Below, piece by piece: positions 27,477 through 36,251 of a stretch of 64,000 nt of DNA; position 1 is the stretch's first letter, and each line of letters opens with the position of its first letter. The notes beneath the pieces were generated by a model, which saw nothing but the letters and a program-made list of their open reading frames with translations, was not told the DNA's origin and made no database searches. Position numbers and translations under genes: made by a program. The DNA lies in contig CAZRIX010000002.1 in the NCBI GenBank assembly GCA_964600255.1, positions 34,067-98,066 on the forward strand, written 5' to 3'. The DNA comes from an uncultured Candidatus Saccharibacteria bacterium. Its GTDB lineage: Bacteria > Patescibacteriota > Minisyncoccia > Phycocordibacterales > PALSA-1337.

Positions 27477-30146
27477 ATGCCCAAAAAAGACCCCAATTTT
27501 ACACATAGAGGTGATGAGAAAATCATTGTTAAAGGCGCTAGAACACACAATTTGAAAAATATCAGTGTGGAGATGCCTCGTAACAAAATGGTTGCAATAA
27601 CTGGCCTATCAGGATCAGGTAAGTCTTCTCTTGCATTTGATACTATTTTTGCTGAAGGACAAAGACGTTATGTTGAATCTCTTTCATCATATGCGCGCCA
27701 ATTCCTAAAGCAGATGCAGAAGCCTGATGTGGATGAGATTATAGGTCTTTCTCCAGCCATTTCTATTGATCAAAAATCTAGATCGAACAACCCCCGCTCA
27801 ACTGTTGCAACAATCACAGAGATCTACGATTATCTTCGTATTCTTTTTGCTCGTGTTGGAAAGCCTCATTGTCTTATCTGCGATCGTGAAATTCATCGTA
27901 TTTCAAAGGAGGAGATTCTTGAAACAATCATAAAGCAAGTAAGTAATCACAACAAGACTGGCAAAAAAGTCATGGGTGTTGAACTTAATGAACAGAAAGT
28001 AAAAATCTACGCTCCAATTGTAGTCGGAAGAAAGGGTGAATACTATCAGCTACTTTATGATCTACTAGGCAAAGGTTATGATCGTGTAAAGGTTGATGGC
28101 AAGGTTATGCGTCTTCGTGAACAGATCATTCTAGACAAAAACAAGAAGCACGATATCGATGTTCTAGTTGATGAAATGTTCCTAAGCGAGTTCAAGCCTG
28201 CAGTAAAAGTTGCAGCAATAGCTGGCAAGTCTGGAGACAAGACTAGTGAAAAGGCTGGGAAGAATACAGAGCGTGCGAAGCAGGTAGACAATGCACGTGA
28301 GAGACTTTCAGAGGCACTAGAAAAAGCAATAGAAGAAGCACAGGGTCTCATCAAGATAGAATTCCCAGACGAAGAAAAGCTTATGTCGGTGAAGTTTATG
28401 TGTCCATACGACGGATTCTCATATCCTGAGATCGAACCTCGTCTCTTCTCTTTCAATTCTCCATATGGAGCTTGTGCAACATGTAATGGATTGGGTACAA
28501 AGGAGTTTTTTAGTAACGAGGAATGTCCTGCTTGTAAAGGTGCGCGTCTACGCGAGGAAGCTTTGAATGTTCGTCTAGATAAGAAGAACATCATCGCTAT
28601 CACAGCGATGTCTATCGAGGACTGCATGGAATTTTTTAAGAAAATAGAGCTTACCGAGACAGAACGTGGGATCGCGAAGATCATCCTTCGTGAAATCGAG
28701 GCTAGATTACAGTTCATGGTAAACGTAGGTATTGAGTACCTAACCCTAGATCGTCGCGCACATACACTGTCTGGTGGAGAGGCGCAACGTATTCGTCTAG
28801 CATCTCAGCTTGGTTCAGGGCTAGTAGGTGCATTGTACGTACTTGATGAACCAACAATCGGTCTGCATCAGCGTGATAATGATAGATTGATCAAAACCCT
28901 TACAAGTCTACGAGATCTTGGTAATACAATTATAGTTGTTGAGCACGATGAGGATACAATGTTTGCCTCTGACTATATAATCGATATCGGTCCTGGCGCA
29001 GGAGTTCATGGTGGTAATGTTGTCGTATCCGGTTATCTAGATGAATTACTTACAGCAAAGAAAAATACTTCAAATTCTCTGACTCTTTCATATCTACGCG
29101 GAGAAAGTAAGATAGAGGTCCCAGATACTCGACGCGAACCTAAGGGCAAGATCTCGATCAAGGGTGGCAATATCTTTAACATTAAGAACATGGACGCAGA
29201 CATTTCACTCAATTGTCTGAATGTCATCACAGGAGTGTCTGGATCTGGTAAATCATCATTTATGTACGAGATTCTACACAAGAACCTTGAGGCTAGACTG
29301 GAGTTTAGACATAGAACAGCGCAAATATTTAACTGTTCTAGTTTTACTGGAACTGAATACCTAGGAAGAACAATTCTAATAGATCAGAGTGCAATAGGTC
29401 GTACTCCAAGATCAAATCCAGTTACATATACTGGCGCATGGACACATATTCGTGATCTTTTTGCTAATTCTCCAGAATCACGAGCTCATGGTTGGGGCCC
29501 AAGTCGTTTTTCTTTCAATGTAAAAGGTGGACGCTGTGAAGCTTGTCAGGGTAATGGTGAGATTGCAGTTGAAATGCATTTCCTTCCAACGGTATACGTA
29601 CCTTGCGAAGTATGTAATGGTAAAAGATTCATGAAAGAAACATTGGAGATAAAGTACAAGGGTAAAAATGTATTCGAAGTTCTAGAAATGACAGTTGAGG
29701 AAGGGCTGAAGTTCTTTGAGGATATCCCATCGGTATCAGACCGTTTGCAGACATTGGGTGAAGTAGGTCTTGGATATCTAAAACTCGGTCAATCTGCAAC
29801 AACACTATCAGGTGGAGAAGCGCAGAGAGTCAAAATCTCTTCAGAACTTTATCGTGCACATCTACAGAAGACTATTTACCTTCTTGATGAACCGACCGTA
29901 GGACTACATTATGAAGACGTGCGCAAGCTCATCGAAATTCTACAGAGACTTGTTGAAAAGGGAAATACTGTGGTGGTGATCGAGCACAACCTAGACTTGA
30001 TCAAGTCAGCAGATTACATAATAGACATCGGTCCAGATGGCGGCGCTCGTGGAGGTAAAATTGTTGCAAAGGGAACTCCAGAAGATGTTGCGAGAAATGA
30101 GAAGTCTTATACTGGGCAGTATTTGAAGAAAGTTTTGAAGAGATAG
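27477..30146 (+). CDS. uvrA: Excinuclease ABC subunit A
   Basis: Two ABC modules (GLSGSGKSS, GVSGSGKSS, two LSGGEAQR) and Zn fingers. Confidence 0.98.
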   Translation: MPKKDPNFTHRGDEKIIVKGARTHNLKNISVEMPRNKMVAITGLSGSGKSSLAFDTIFAEGQRRYVESLSSYARQFLKQMQKPDVDEIIGLSPAISIDQKSRSNNPRSTVATITEIYDYLRILFARVGKPHCLICDREIHRISKEEILETIIKQVSNHNKTGKKVMGVELNEQKVKIYAPIVVGRKGEYYQLLYDLLGKGYDRVKVDGKVMRLREQIILDKNKKHDIDVLVDEMFLSEFKPAVKVAAIAGKSGDKTSEKAGKNTERAKQVDNARERLSEALEKAIEEAQGLIKIEFPDEEKLMSVKFMCPYDGFSYPEIEPRLFSFNSPYGACATCNGLGTKEFFSNEECPACKGARLREEALNVRLDKKNIIAITAMSIEDCMEFFKKIELTETERGIAKIILREIEARLQFMVNVGIEYLTLDRRAHTLSGGEAQRIRLASQLGSGLVGALYVLDEPTIGLHQRDNDRLIKTLTSLRDLGNTIIVVEHDEDTMFASDYIIDIGPGAGVHGGNVVVSGYLDELLTAKKNTSNSLTLSYLRGESKIEVPDTRREPKGKISIKGGNIFNIKNMDADISLNCLNVITGVSGSGKSSFMYEILHKNLEARLEFRHRTAQIFNCSSFTGTEYLGRTILIDQSAIGRTPRSNPVTYTGAWTHIRDLFANSPESRAHGWGPSRFSFNVKGGRCEACQGNGEIAVEMHFLPTVYVPCEVCNGKRFMKETLEIKYKGKNVFEVLEMTVEEGLKFFEDIPSVSDRLQTLGEVGLGYLKLGQSATTLSGGEAQRVKISSELYRAHLQKTIYLLDEPTVGLHYEDVRKLIEILQRLVEKGNTVVVIEHNLDLIKSADYIIDIGPDGGARGGKIVAKGTPEDVARNEKSYTGQYLKKVLKR

Positions 30147-30190
30147 TATACGTATTTTTCTCTGCATTGTAATATAATGATATAGATTCT

Positions 30191-31414
30191 ATGACTATAG
30201 ATGATTTTAAAAAAATAAATCTACCCGAAGCACCAGGAGTCTATTTTTTCAAGGATATTGAAAATAATATCCTGTATATTGGTCGTGCAACTTCACTACA
30301 TGATCGTGTGAAGAGCTATTTTAGTAATGACCTCATCGCTACACGAGGTCCATTACTAGTGGATATGGTTACAAAGGCTAATACTATTGAATTCATTCAA
30401 ACTGATTCAGTGCTTGAGGCGATAATTCTCGAAAGTAACCAGATAAAAGCCAATCTACCTTTTTACAATACTAAAGAAAAGGATAATAAGAGTTATAACT
30501 TTGTAGTTATTACTGACGAAGAGTTTCCAAGAGTCGTAATCGTTCGAGGAAGAACTTTGGATAAACTGGATGAAAATGAATTGGGTTACAAGATAAAATA
30601 TCAATTCGGTCCATACCCTCAAGGTTCTCTTCTTCGTGATGCTCTGAAGATTGTGCGCAAGATTTTCCCTTTTAGAGATGAAAAAGCAAGCCTTAAGCAT
30701 CAAGAATCTTTCTACAAATCTCTCGGCCTTTCTCCGAAAACCGACAGTCCTGAGGCCAAGCGAGACTATCAATTAACTATTCGTAACCTAGTCCTATTTT
30801 TTGAAGGCAAAAAAGAGAAGTTGATCAAGACTTTGGAGAAAGAGATGGATGAATATGCCAAACTTGAGCAGTTTGAGAAAGCAAAGGAGGTTCGCAACAC
30901 TATTTATGCTTTGAACCATATTCAGGACGTATCTTTGATCAAAAGTAATACTGAAGTTGATTATGCTGATGGTTTTCGAATAGAAGCATATGATATAGCA
31001 CACATGTCCGGCAAGGATACCGTGGGTGTGATGACGGTCGTTGTAAATGGTGAGCTACAAAAAAGTCAGTACAAGAAATTTAAATTATCTAAAGATGCAA
31101 ACAATGATACAGCTGGACTTCGAGAGATCCTGACTCGTAGATTTACTCATCCGGAATGGAAATCTCCTGACCTAATCGTTATCGATGGTGGACTTGGTCA
31201 AATAAACACTGCTATTGAAGTAGTAAAGAATATTCCCATAGTCTCAGTTGTTAAAAATGAGGCACATAAACCTGATCATTTCCTGGGTGATGAGGCTATG
31301 GTCAAACAATATTCAAAAGATATACTACTAGCCAATAGTGAGGCTCATCGTTTTGCAATTGCATACCACAAGAAGGTTCGTGCAAGGAATTTCATAAATA
31401 GGTTGATAAAGTAG
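30191..31414 (+). CDS. uvrC: Excinuclease ABC subunit C (short form)
   Basis: GIY-YIG N-terminus (PGVYFF..LYIGRA), UVR domain, RNase H-like domain (EAYDIAH, IDGG, EAHRFAI); ends before the HhH motifs. Confidence 0.92.
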   Translation: MTIDDFKKINLPEAPGVYFFKDIENNILYIGRATSLHDRVKSYFSNDLIATRGPLLVDMVTKANTIEFIQTDSVLEAIILESNQIKANLPFYNTKEKDNKSYNFVVITDEEFPRVVIVRGRTLDKLDENELGYKIKYQFGPYPQGSLLRDALKIVRKIFPFRDEKASLKHQESFYKSLGLSPKTDSPEAKRDYQLTIRNLVLFFEGKKEKLIKTLEKEMDEYAKLEQFEKAKEVRNTIYALNHIQDVSLIKSNTEVDYADGFRIEAYDIAHMSGKDTVGVMTVVVNGELQKSQYKKFKLSKDANNDTAGLREILTRRFTHPEWKSPDLIVIDGGLGQINTAIEVVKNIPIVSVVKNEAHKPDHFLGDEAMVKQYSKDILLANSEAHRFAIAYHKKVRARNFINRLIK

Positions 31415-31436
31415 GGATTAGTGGTAATATTGATAT

Positions 31437-31565
31437 GTATTGCCCTTTGTGTAAATAAGTATCGAAGAGTCCTTTGAGACTCCCTGACACTGACCATGTC
31501 TGAGAACGGTAACAATATCCGTACCTCGATGCTTTCCGGCCCCTCCTCCTGGGGGCCGGTTTTTC
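31437..31565 (+). ncRNA. Candidate stand-alone four-way-junction small RNA
   Basis: Promoter TTGATA-N16-TAATAT (31403-31430), 9-bp closing stem around three hairpins, GC terminator at 31536-31564. Confidence 0.55.
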
Positions 31566-31660
31566 TTTATGTGAGCTAACTTATCCACAAACGATGCGAT
31601 ACTTACGGTAGTTACTTGATACAATGGTATGGATATAAAAATCTATATATTCAAACAAAT

Positions 31661-32584
31661 ATGCACAGAATACGAGCAGGAATAATACGAGGTGGACCAA
31701 GTAGTGAGTATGACAACTCGCTTAAAACTGGTGCGAATATATTGAAGCACCTACCACCTGACAAATTCTCAGTTAGAGATATTTATATAGATAAGAATGG
31801 TGTATGGTACATGCATGGAATTCCGAGTACTCCACACGAGGTGCTCAACCATCTAGATGTGGTCATCAATGGTCTGCATGGACACTATGGTGAGGACGGC
31901 AAGATCCAGCAGATTTTTGAACAACATGGAATACCTTTTACAGGTTCTGACTCATTCGCATCAGCCATTGGCATGAACAAGAAGCTCGCAAAGGAAGTTT
32001 ATAAGAAAGAAGGTATAAAAACTCCAGAATCAAGACTTATAGAATCATTGGCTGAAGTGAGCAAGGAGGCCCACAAAATATTTAGGACATTCTCTCCACC
32101 CATGGTAGTTAAACCTAACCGTGGCGGTTCATCGCATGGAATAACCATTGCAAAGGATTTTACTGCTTTTGATGATGCTGTTCGTAAAGTATACGAGCAC
32201 AGTGGGTCTGTTCTTGTAGAAGAATTTATTAATGGAAAAGAAGCAAACTGTGTAGTTGTTGATGGATATAGAGGTCAGGATTTCTATACACCACCTCCAA
32301 TAGAAGTCCGAGGCAACGAACATTTCTCGCCTGGTTTATTCACTGACAAGGAGAAAGAAGAGATTTCAAGTATGGCAATTAAAGCTCACAAAGCTCTAGG
32401 ACTGAAGCACTACTCAAGTTCAGACTTCATCGTGCACCCCAAGAGAGGAGTGTTCATACTTGAGACTGACTCTCAACCAAGTTTGGCTGAAGAATCACTT
32501 TTCCCAAAAGCACTGAGATCTGTAGGGGCGTCACTTACACACTTTCTTGAGCACATAATCGACCTTGCATTAAATAAAAAATAA
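31661..32584 (+). CDS. ddl: D-Ala-D-Ala ligase-like ATP-grasp protein (divergent active site)
   Basis: GGPSSE, LHGHYGEDG, VVKP..GGSS, EEFING retained; C-terminal catalytic motifs altered. Confidence 0.8.
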   Translation: MHRIRAGIIRGGPSSEYDNSLKTGANILKHLPPDKFSVRDIYIDKNGVWYMHGIPSTPHEVLNHLDVVINGLHGHYGEDGKIQQIFEQHGIPFTGSDSFASAIGMNKKLAKEVYKKEGIKTPESRLIESLAEVSKEAHKIFRTFSPPMVVKPNRGGSSHGITIAKDFTAFDDAVRKVYEHSGSVLVEEFINGKEANCVVVDGYRGQDFYTPPPIEVRGNEHFSPGLFTDKEKEEISSMAIKAHKALGLKHYSSSDFIVHPKRGVFILETDSQPSLAEESLFPKALRSVGASLTHFLEHIIDLALNKK

Positions 32585-32608
32585 TGTAAAATCATTAAAT
32601 CCCTCGTA

Positions 32609-32752
32609 AAGGGCTCGTAGCTGTCATGGTAGATATACAACGGATAGCTTCAAGCTAAGTAGGAAATCAAATAGTAAACAAGGGCTTGTGGCTGTTATGG
32701 TAGGTATACAACAGATAGCTACAATCAGTGATTAAGTTAGTATAAGTTACAA
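32609..32752 (+). repeat. Two tRNA-Ala-5'-like hairpin repeats, 71-nt period
   Basis: GGGCTYGTRGCTGTYATGGTAGRTATACAACRGATAGCTWCAA at 32611 and 32682; the tRNA starts at 32753. Confidence 0.9.
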
Positions 32753-32825
32753 GGGCTCGTAGCTCAGATGGTAGAGCAATCGCTTTGCAAGCGAAAGGTC
32801 AGGAGTTCGAATCTCCTCGAGTCCA
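32753..32825 (+). tRNA. tRNA-Ala(TGC)
   Basis: Cloverleaf: acceptor GGGCTCG/CGAGTCC with G3-U70, D-arm GCTC/GAGC, anticodon loop TT-TGC-AA, T-arm AGGAG-TTCGAAT-CTCCT. CCA not encoded. Confidence 0.98.
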
Positions 32826-32998
32826 CAACTAAAGAAAAGACTGGCGTTTGCTAGTCTTTTCTTTTGTCTGAAACTTGAAAGGAGATGAGAAAAGCGGAGC
32901 TATGTCGAGCCAGCAGGCGAGACTGCGAGCTGGGGTCGCGGAAAGTTCTGAACGTCGGTGAAGAACTTATCCGTGACCGAATCTCCTCGAGTCCACAA
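32808..32998 (+). mobile_element. Small structured element bounded by a 21-bp duplication of the tRNA 3' end
   Basis: CGAATCTCCTCGAGTCCACAA at 32808-32828 and 32978-32998; internal long hairpin; no integrase gene. Confidence 0.6.
32832..32865 (+). terminator. Terminator after tRNA-Ala
   Basis: AAGAAAAGACTGGC-GTTT-GCTAGTCTTTTCTT. Confidence 0.8.
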
Positions 32999-33030
32999 AA
33001 ACAAACCCGCAGCCAACACTGCGGGTTTCG

Positions 33031-33486
33031 CTATTTGCTTTTCATACACTGTGCTAACACAGTAGTAATTGAACCGTCCTCCATTAAGACCAGATTTGTT
33101 GGATGGTCACGTGGATGACACCTACAGGACTCACCGAGAGAGGTCCGAATCTTCACTCGATTGCCCTTGTTCGTCTGGTGATAGTACCAGCGCACACCAA
33201 TCTCCATTGTAGGTACTGGAGAAAGCGGTGCTGGACGTTTCGCTACGTGTTGCCACCTTGTATACCGTACACCATTGTCATCGAGCGCTAAACTTTGTCG
33301 ACAAAGCCAAGTGAAACTTACCATCAGGATTGGTCTGCCGGACGTTTTTTTAATACTCCAATTGCAGACCTCACCTCGGTAAACACCGACCTCTACAGAC
33401 TCTAATTCTACTTGTCCACCATCTGACAGCCTGAGATCTTCCAGCCAACCCATAAGGCGATCTGGACACCTAAGATACAGATGCAT
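33031..33486 (-). CDS. Orphan basic protein
   Basis: TGG-TATAAT promoter, strong SD AAAGGAGGT (33490-33498), bidirectional terminator at 33003-33028. Confidence 0.72.
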   Translation of the reverse strand: MHLYLRCPDRLMGWLEDLRLSDGGQVELESVEVGVYRGEVCNWSIKKTSGRPILMVSFTWLCRQSLALDDNGVRYTRWQHVAKRPAPLSPVPTMEIGVRWYYHQTNKGNRVKIRTSLGESCRCHPRDHPTNLVLMEDGSITTVLAQCMKSK

Positions 33487-33570
33487 TTTACCTCCTTTCT
33501 GTTTCTGACGAAATTATACCACTAGAGATAGTCTTATACATACTACGAAACATAAATATGAAAAAGTATA

Positions 33571-34443
33571 CTAATCAGTCTTTGCCACCTGAACATTCTT
33601 GTATTCTGGTGCTTCGGCTAAATATCTAGCTTGGATTTCAGCAATTCCTAAGCCTCTCTTGTAAATACCGACTTTATCTAGAGTACCGACTGTTGAATAT
33701 GTTGATGTATTACCGGGGGCTCCGAAATAGAAATAATAATTGCTATTATCCCATAGAGTATATAGAGCAAACGAATTACTTCCAACTTCTTTCCCATCTA
33801 CATACAGTCTCGTGACTTTAGAAACTGCATCAACACTATAGGCTATAAAGTACCATTTACCAATTGTTAGAACAGGACCACTACTGATATTAACGGTTAA
33901 GCCTGCTCCTGGAACAATATATGTAAAAGCTCCAACTTTATTGCCTGTCATTGTAATCCCTGAATGATTACCTTCTCTACCCATAAGCATTCTGTTTACA
34001 CCTGGCTGAGCTTCTGTTGGTTTAAACCATAATGCATAAGTGAATGAAACATTAGCTGCATTAGTTGCCGATCTATCCTCACTATTACCTGGAATAAATC
34101 TAGCACCTGTATTAGTACCACTGCAATACAATCCTTTTCCACCCGTAGTCGGAGAGTCGTTGACGATACTACAACCACTTGGCATAGCGATTGAATATCC
34201 GTTACCTATACTATCTTTTATTACAGAGGTATCTGTATCTTCAAAATCAAAGTAAGCGATTGAGTCAGCTCCGTATCCTCTAAAAATAGATCCACTAGCC
34301 TGCTGCCCAGCAGCAATTCTAGCTTTTTCCCTTGAACTGCCGAGACTAGCAAGCACCACAGATGACAGGAGTCCTATTATTGATATCACTACGAGTAGCT
34401 CTATCAATGTAAAACCTTTCCCGTAAGTTACACTAATTTTCAT
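33571..34443 (-). CDS. Type IV pilin-like protein with LamG/ConA-like domain
   Basis: Prepilin motif G-FTLIELLVVISIIGLLSSVV; LamG motifs FTYALWFKP, WYFIAYS, LYVDGK, LDKVGIYKRGL. Confidence 0.9.
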   Translation of the reverse strand: MKISVTYGKGFTLIELLVVISIIGLLSSVVLASLGSSREKARIAAGQQASGSIFRGYGADSIAYFDFEDTDTSVIKDSIGNGYSIAMPSGCSIVNDSPTTGGKGLYCSGTNTGARFIPGNSEDRSATNAANVSFTYALWFKPTEAQPGVNRMLMGREGNHSGITMTGNKVGAFTYIVPGAGLTVNISSGPVLTIGKWYFIAYSVDAVSKVTRLYVDGKEVGSNSFALYTLWDNSNYYFYFGAPGNTSTYSTVGTLDKVGIYKRGLGIAEIQARYLAEAPEYKNVQVAKTD

Positions 34444-34511
34444 ATAATTATCATATCACACAAATATAGATATTTGTATAATAAATTAGAATAAGTGGTA
34501 TAATTATATCT

Positions 34512-34781
34512 ATGTTGGATATTAATGTTGTGCTAGCTGCAATCGCATTTTTATTAATAATCGTATACTGGATTTCTGTATTCATTATTTTCTACCACCT
34601 CGTGCGATTTGGTGTTGGTCGTCAGCCCAAAATTCTCTCAGCGTTATTCGTCCTAGGATCATTTATACTTTTCTTTATCAGTATTGTTTTATTTTCAAAT
34701 ATAAACACAGGACAACTCAACATTCAACTCCAAAGTATTATAAATAGTAACTCATCATTTTTTAATATTAATCTAATCTAA
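34512..34781 (+). CDS. Two-TM membrane protein
   Basis: Hydrophobic helices around IIFYHLVRFG; -10 TATAAT just upstream. Confidence 0.75.
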   Translation: MLDINVVLAAIAFLLIIVYWISVFIIFYHLVRFGVGRQPKILSALFVLGSFILFFISIVLFSNINTGQLNIQLQSIINSNSSFFNINLI

Positions 34782-34782
34782 A

Positions 34783-35340
34783 ATGGCAACACTTTTCTCA
34801 GTATTCAAAAATACATTAAACACATTTCAGGGTCAGGAGCCGGGGGAACGTGTATTACTGTTCCTCAGAAGACATCCGATTACCATAATACTAAGAATAG
34901 TGGGGCTTCTTATAGCATACGTAATACCGATACTTCTCAGTTTTATCTTTGTAGAGTTCATAGTAAACAATGAGCTTATGGTCGTGTACCTATTTATACT
35001 AAGCATATGGACTCTATTCGTGTGGGTGATAATTTTCTACTCTCTTACGATGTACACCCTGGATGTGTGGATAGTTACTGATACAAGAATAATAGACAGC
35101 ACTCAGCATGGATTCTTCAATAGAACAGTAGCTGAACTTCACCTATCTAGAATTCAAGATATATATGTAAAAATGGGTGGGCCACTAGAAAACATTGTAA
35201 ACTTTGGAAACCTTATGATACAAACTGCAGGAACTGAGGAGAGATTTGTATTTGAACAAATACCAAGACCAATACAGGTAAAAGATACGATAATGGAAAT
35301 ATCATTTCCAGACAATCACCAACCAAAAACTAGTGTTTAA
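34783..35340 (+). CDS. Membrane protein with bacterial PH (bPH_2-like) domain
   Basis: RRHP, two TMs, WIVTDTRII, RIQDI, FGNL.IQTAG. Confidence 0.8.
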   Translation: MATLFSVFKNTLNTFQGQEPGERVLLFLRRHPITIILRIVGLLIAYVIPILLSFIFVEFIVNNELMVVYLFILSIWTLFVWVIIFYSLTMYTLDVWIVTDTRIIDSTQHGFFNRTVAELHLSRIQDIYVKMGGPLENIVNFGNLMIQTAGTEERFVFEQIPRPIQVKDTIMEISFPDNHQPKTSV

Positions 35341-35363
35341 ATCATAGTTATCCACAGATTTAT

Positions 35364-35392
35364 TTGCAGGTGAACGTACGTTCACTTATAAT
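35364..35392 (+). promoter_or_regulatory. Promoter with LexA (SOS) box
   Basis: TTGCAG-N17-TATAAT; the spacer is the palindrome GTGAACGTACGTTCAC (35370-35385), i.e. GAAC-N4-GTTC, upstream of the lexA operon. Confidence 0.85.
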
Positions 35393-35421
35393 GTACTCAT
35401 ACAAGAATAATTTAAAAACTT

Positions 35422-35631
35422 ATGAGTAAAATTACACTAGCACATAATTTAAGAAAGGAAATTAAGAAGTTGAACCGCGAGATAGATCTAAAGATTATAA
35501 AGGGTTTACCATACAAAGCAGAGGCACGAAGACACAAGTTCCTAGTATCACAGTTCTACGGCTTTTACGAAAGTTCAAAGAGAAGCTGGTTTCAGAAGAC
35601 ATTTAACGTTTTTGCTAGCTTTGTTCTATAA
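35422..35631 (+). CDS. Small basic protein, first gene of lexA operon
   Basis: Lies between the SOS-box promoter and lexA (8-nt gap). Confidence 0.7.
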   Translation: MSKITLAHNLRKEIKKLNREIDLKIIKGLPYKAEARRHKFLVSQFYGFYESSKRSWFQKTFNVFASFVL

Positions 35632-35639
35632 TAACAATA

Positions 35640-36203
35640 ATGAACGAATACAAAGACAAAATATTTTCTTTCTACGAAAGACAGAAACGAATGCCAAGCT
35701 ATGCGGAGATTATGAATCTTCTAGGATTCAAGTCTAAGAATGCAGTCTACAAACTTATAAACAAGCTTATAGACGCGGGCATTCTAGAGAAGGACAGCAC
35801 TGGCAAGTTACTGCCAACCAACTTATTTCAAGAAGTTAAGCTTCTCGGTCTAGTTGAAGCTGGAATACCATCTGTAGCTGATGAGGAAGTTTTGGACACA
35901 ATCAATCTCGACAGTTATCTCGTTAGGAATCGACTAGCCTCATATCTACTCGAAGTTAAAGGAGATTCCATGATTGAAGAGGGAATCCATGAAGGAGATT
36001 TGGTTATAGTAGAGCGAAGAAGTGATGCAAAGGAGGGTGACATAGTAATAGCCGATGTGGATGGAGGTTGGACTATGAAGTACTATAGAAAAAAGGGTAA
36101 TCAAGTCTATCTTGAGCCAGCCAACAAAAAGTATAAGCCTATTTACCCAGAAAATGACCTAAAAGTCGCTGCTATAGTCAAAGGTGTAATCAGGAAATAC
36201 TAA
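35640..36203 (+). CDS. lexA: LexA repressor
   Basis: Winged HTH (MPSYAEI..LGFKS), cleavage site EAG, catalytic Ser (GDSM) and Lys (WTMK). Confidence 0.92.
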   Translation: MNEYKDKIFSFYERQKRMPSYAEIMNLLGFKSKNAVYKLINKLIDAGILEKDSTGKLLPTNLFQEVKLLGLVEAGIPSVADEEVLDTINLDSYLVRNRLASYLLEVKGDSMIEEGIHEGDLVIVERRSDAKEGDIVIADVDGGWTMKYYRKKGNQVYLEPANKKYKPIYPENDLKVAAIVKGVIRKY

Positions 36204-36251
36204 TTTGACTTTTACTTGTAAAAAGGGTGGATTTCGGCTAGAATTGCCGGT

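Noticed and set aside
32609-32752. Canonical CRISPR array
   Set aside because: Only two degenerate repeats, derived from the tRNA 5' end, and no cas genes in the window. Kept as an unexplained repeat.
31581-35356. Replication origin from DnaA boxes
   Set aside because: Boxes are isolated rather than clustered, and no dnaA or dnaN is in the window.
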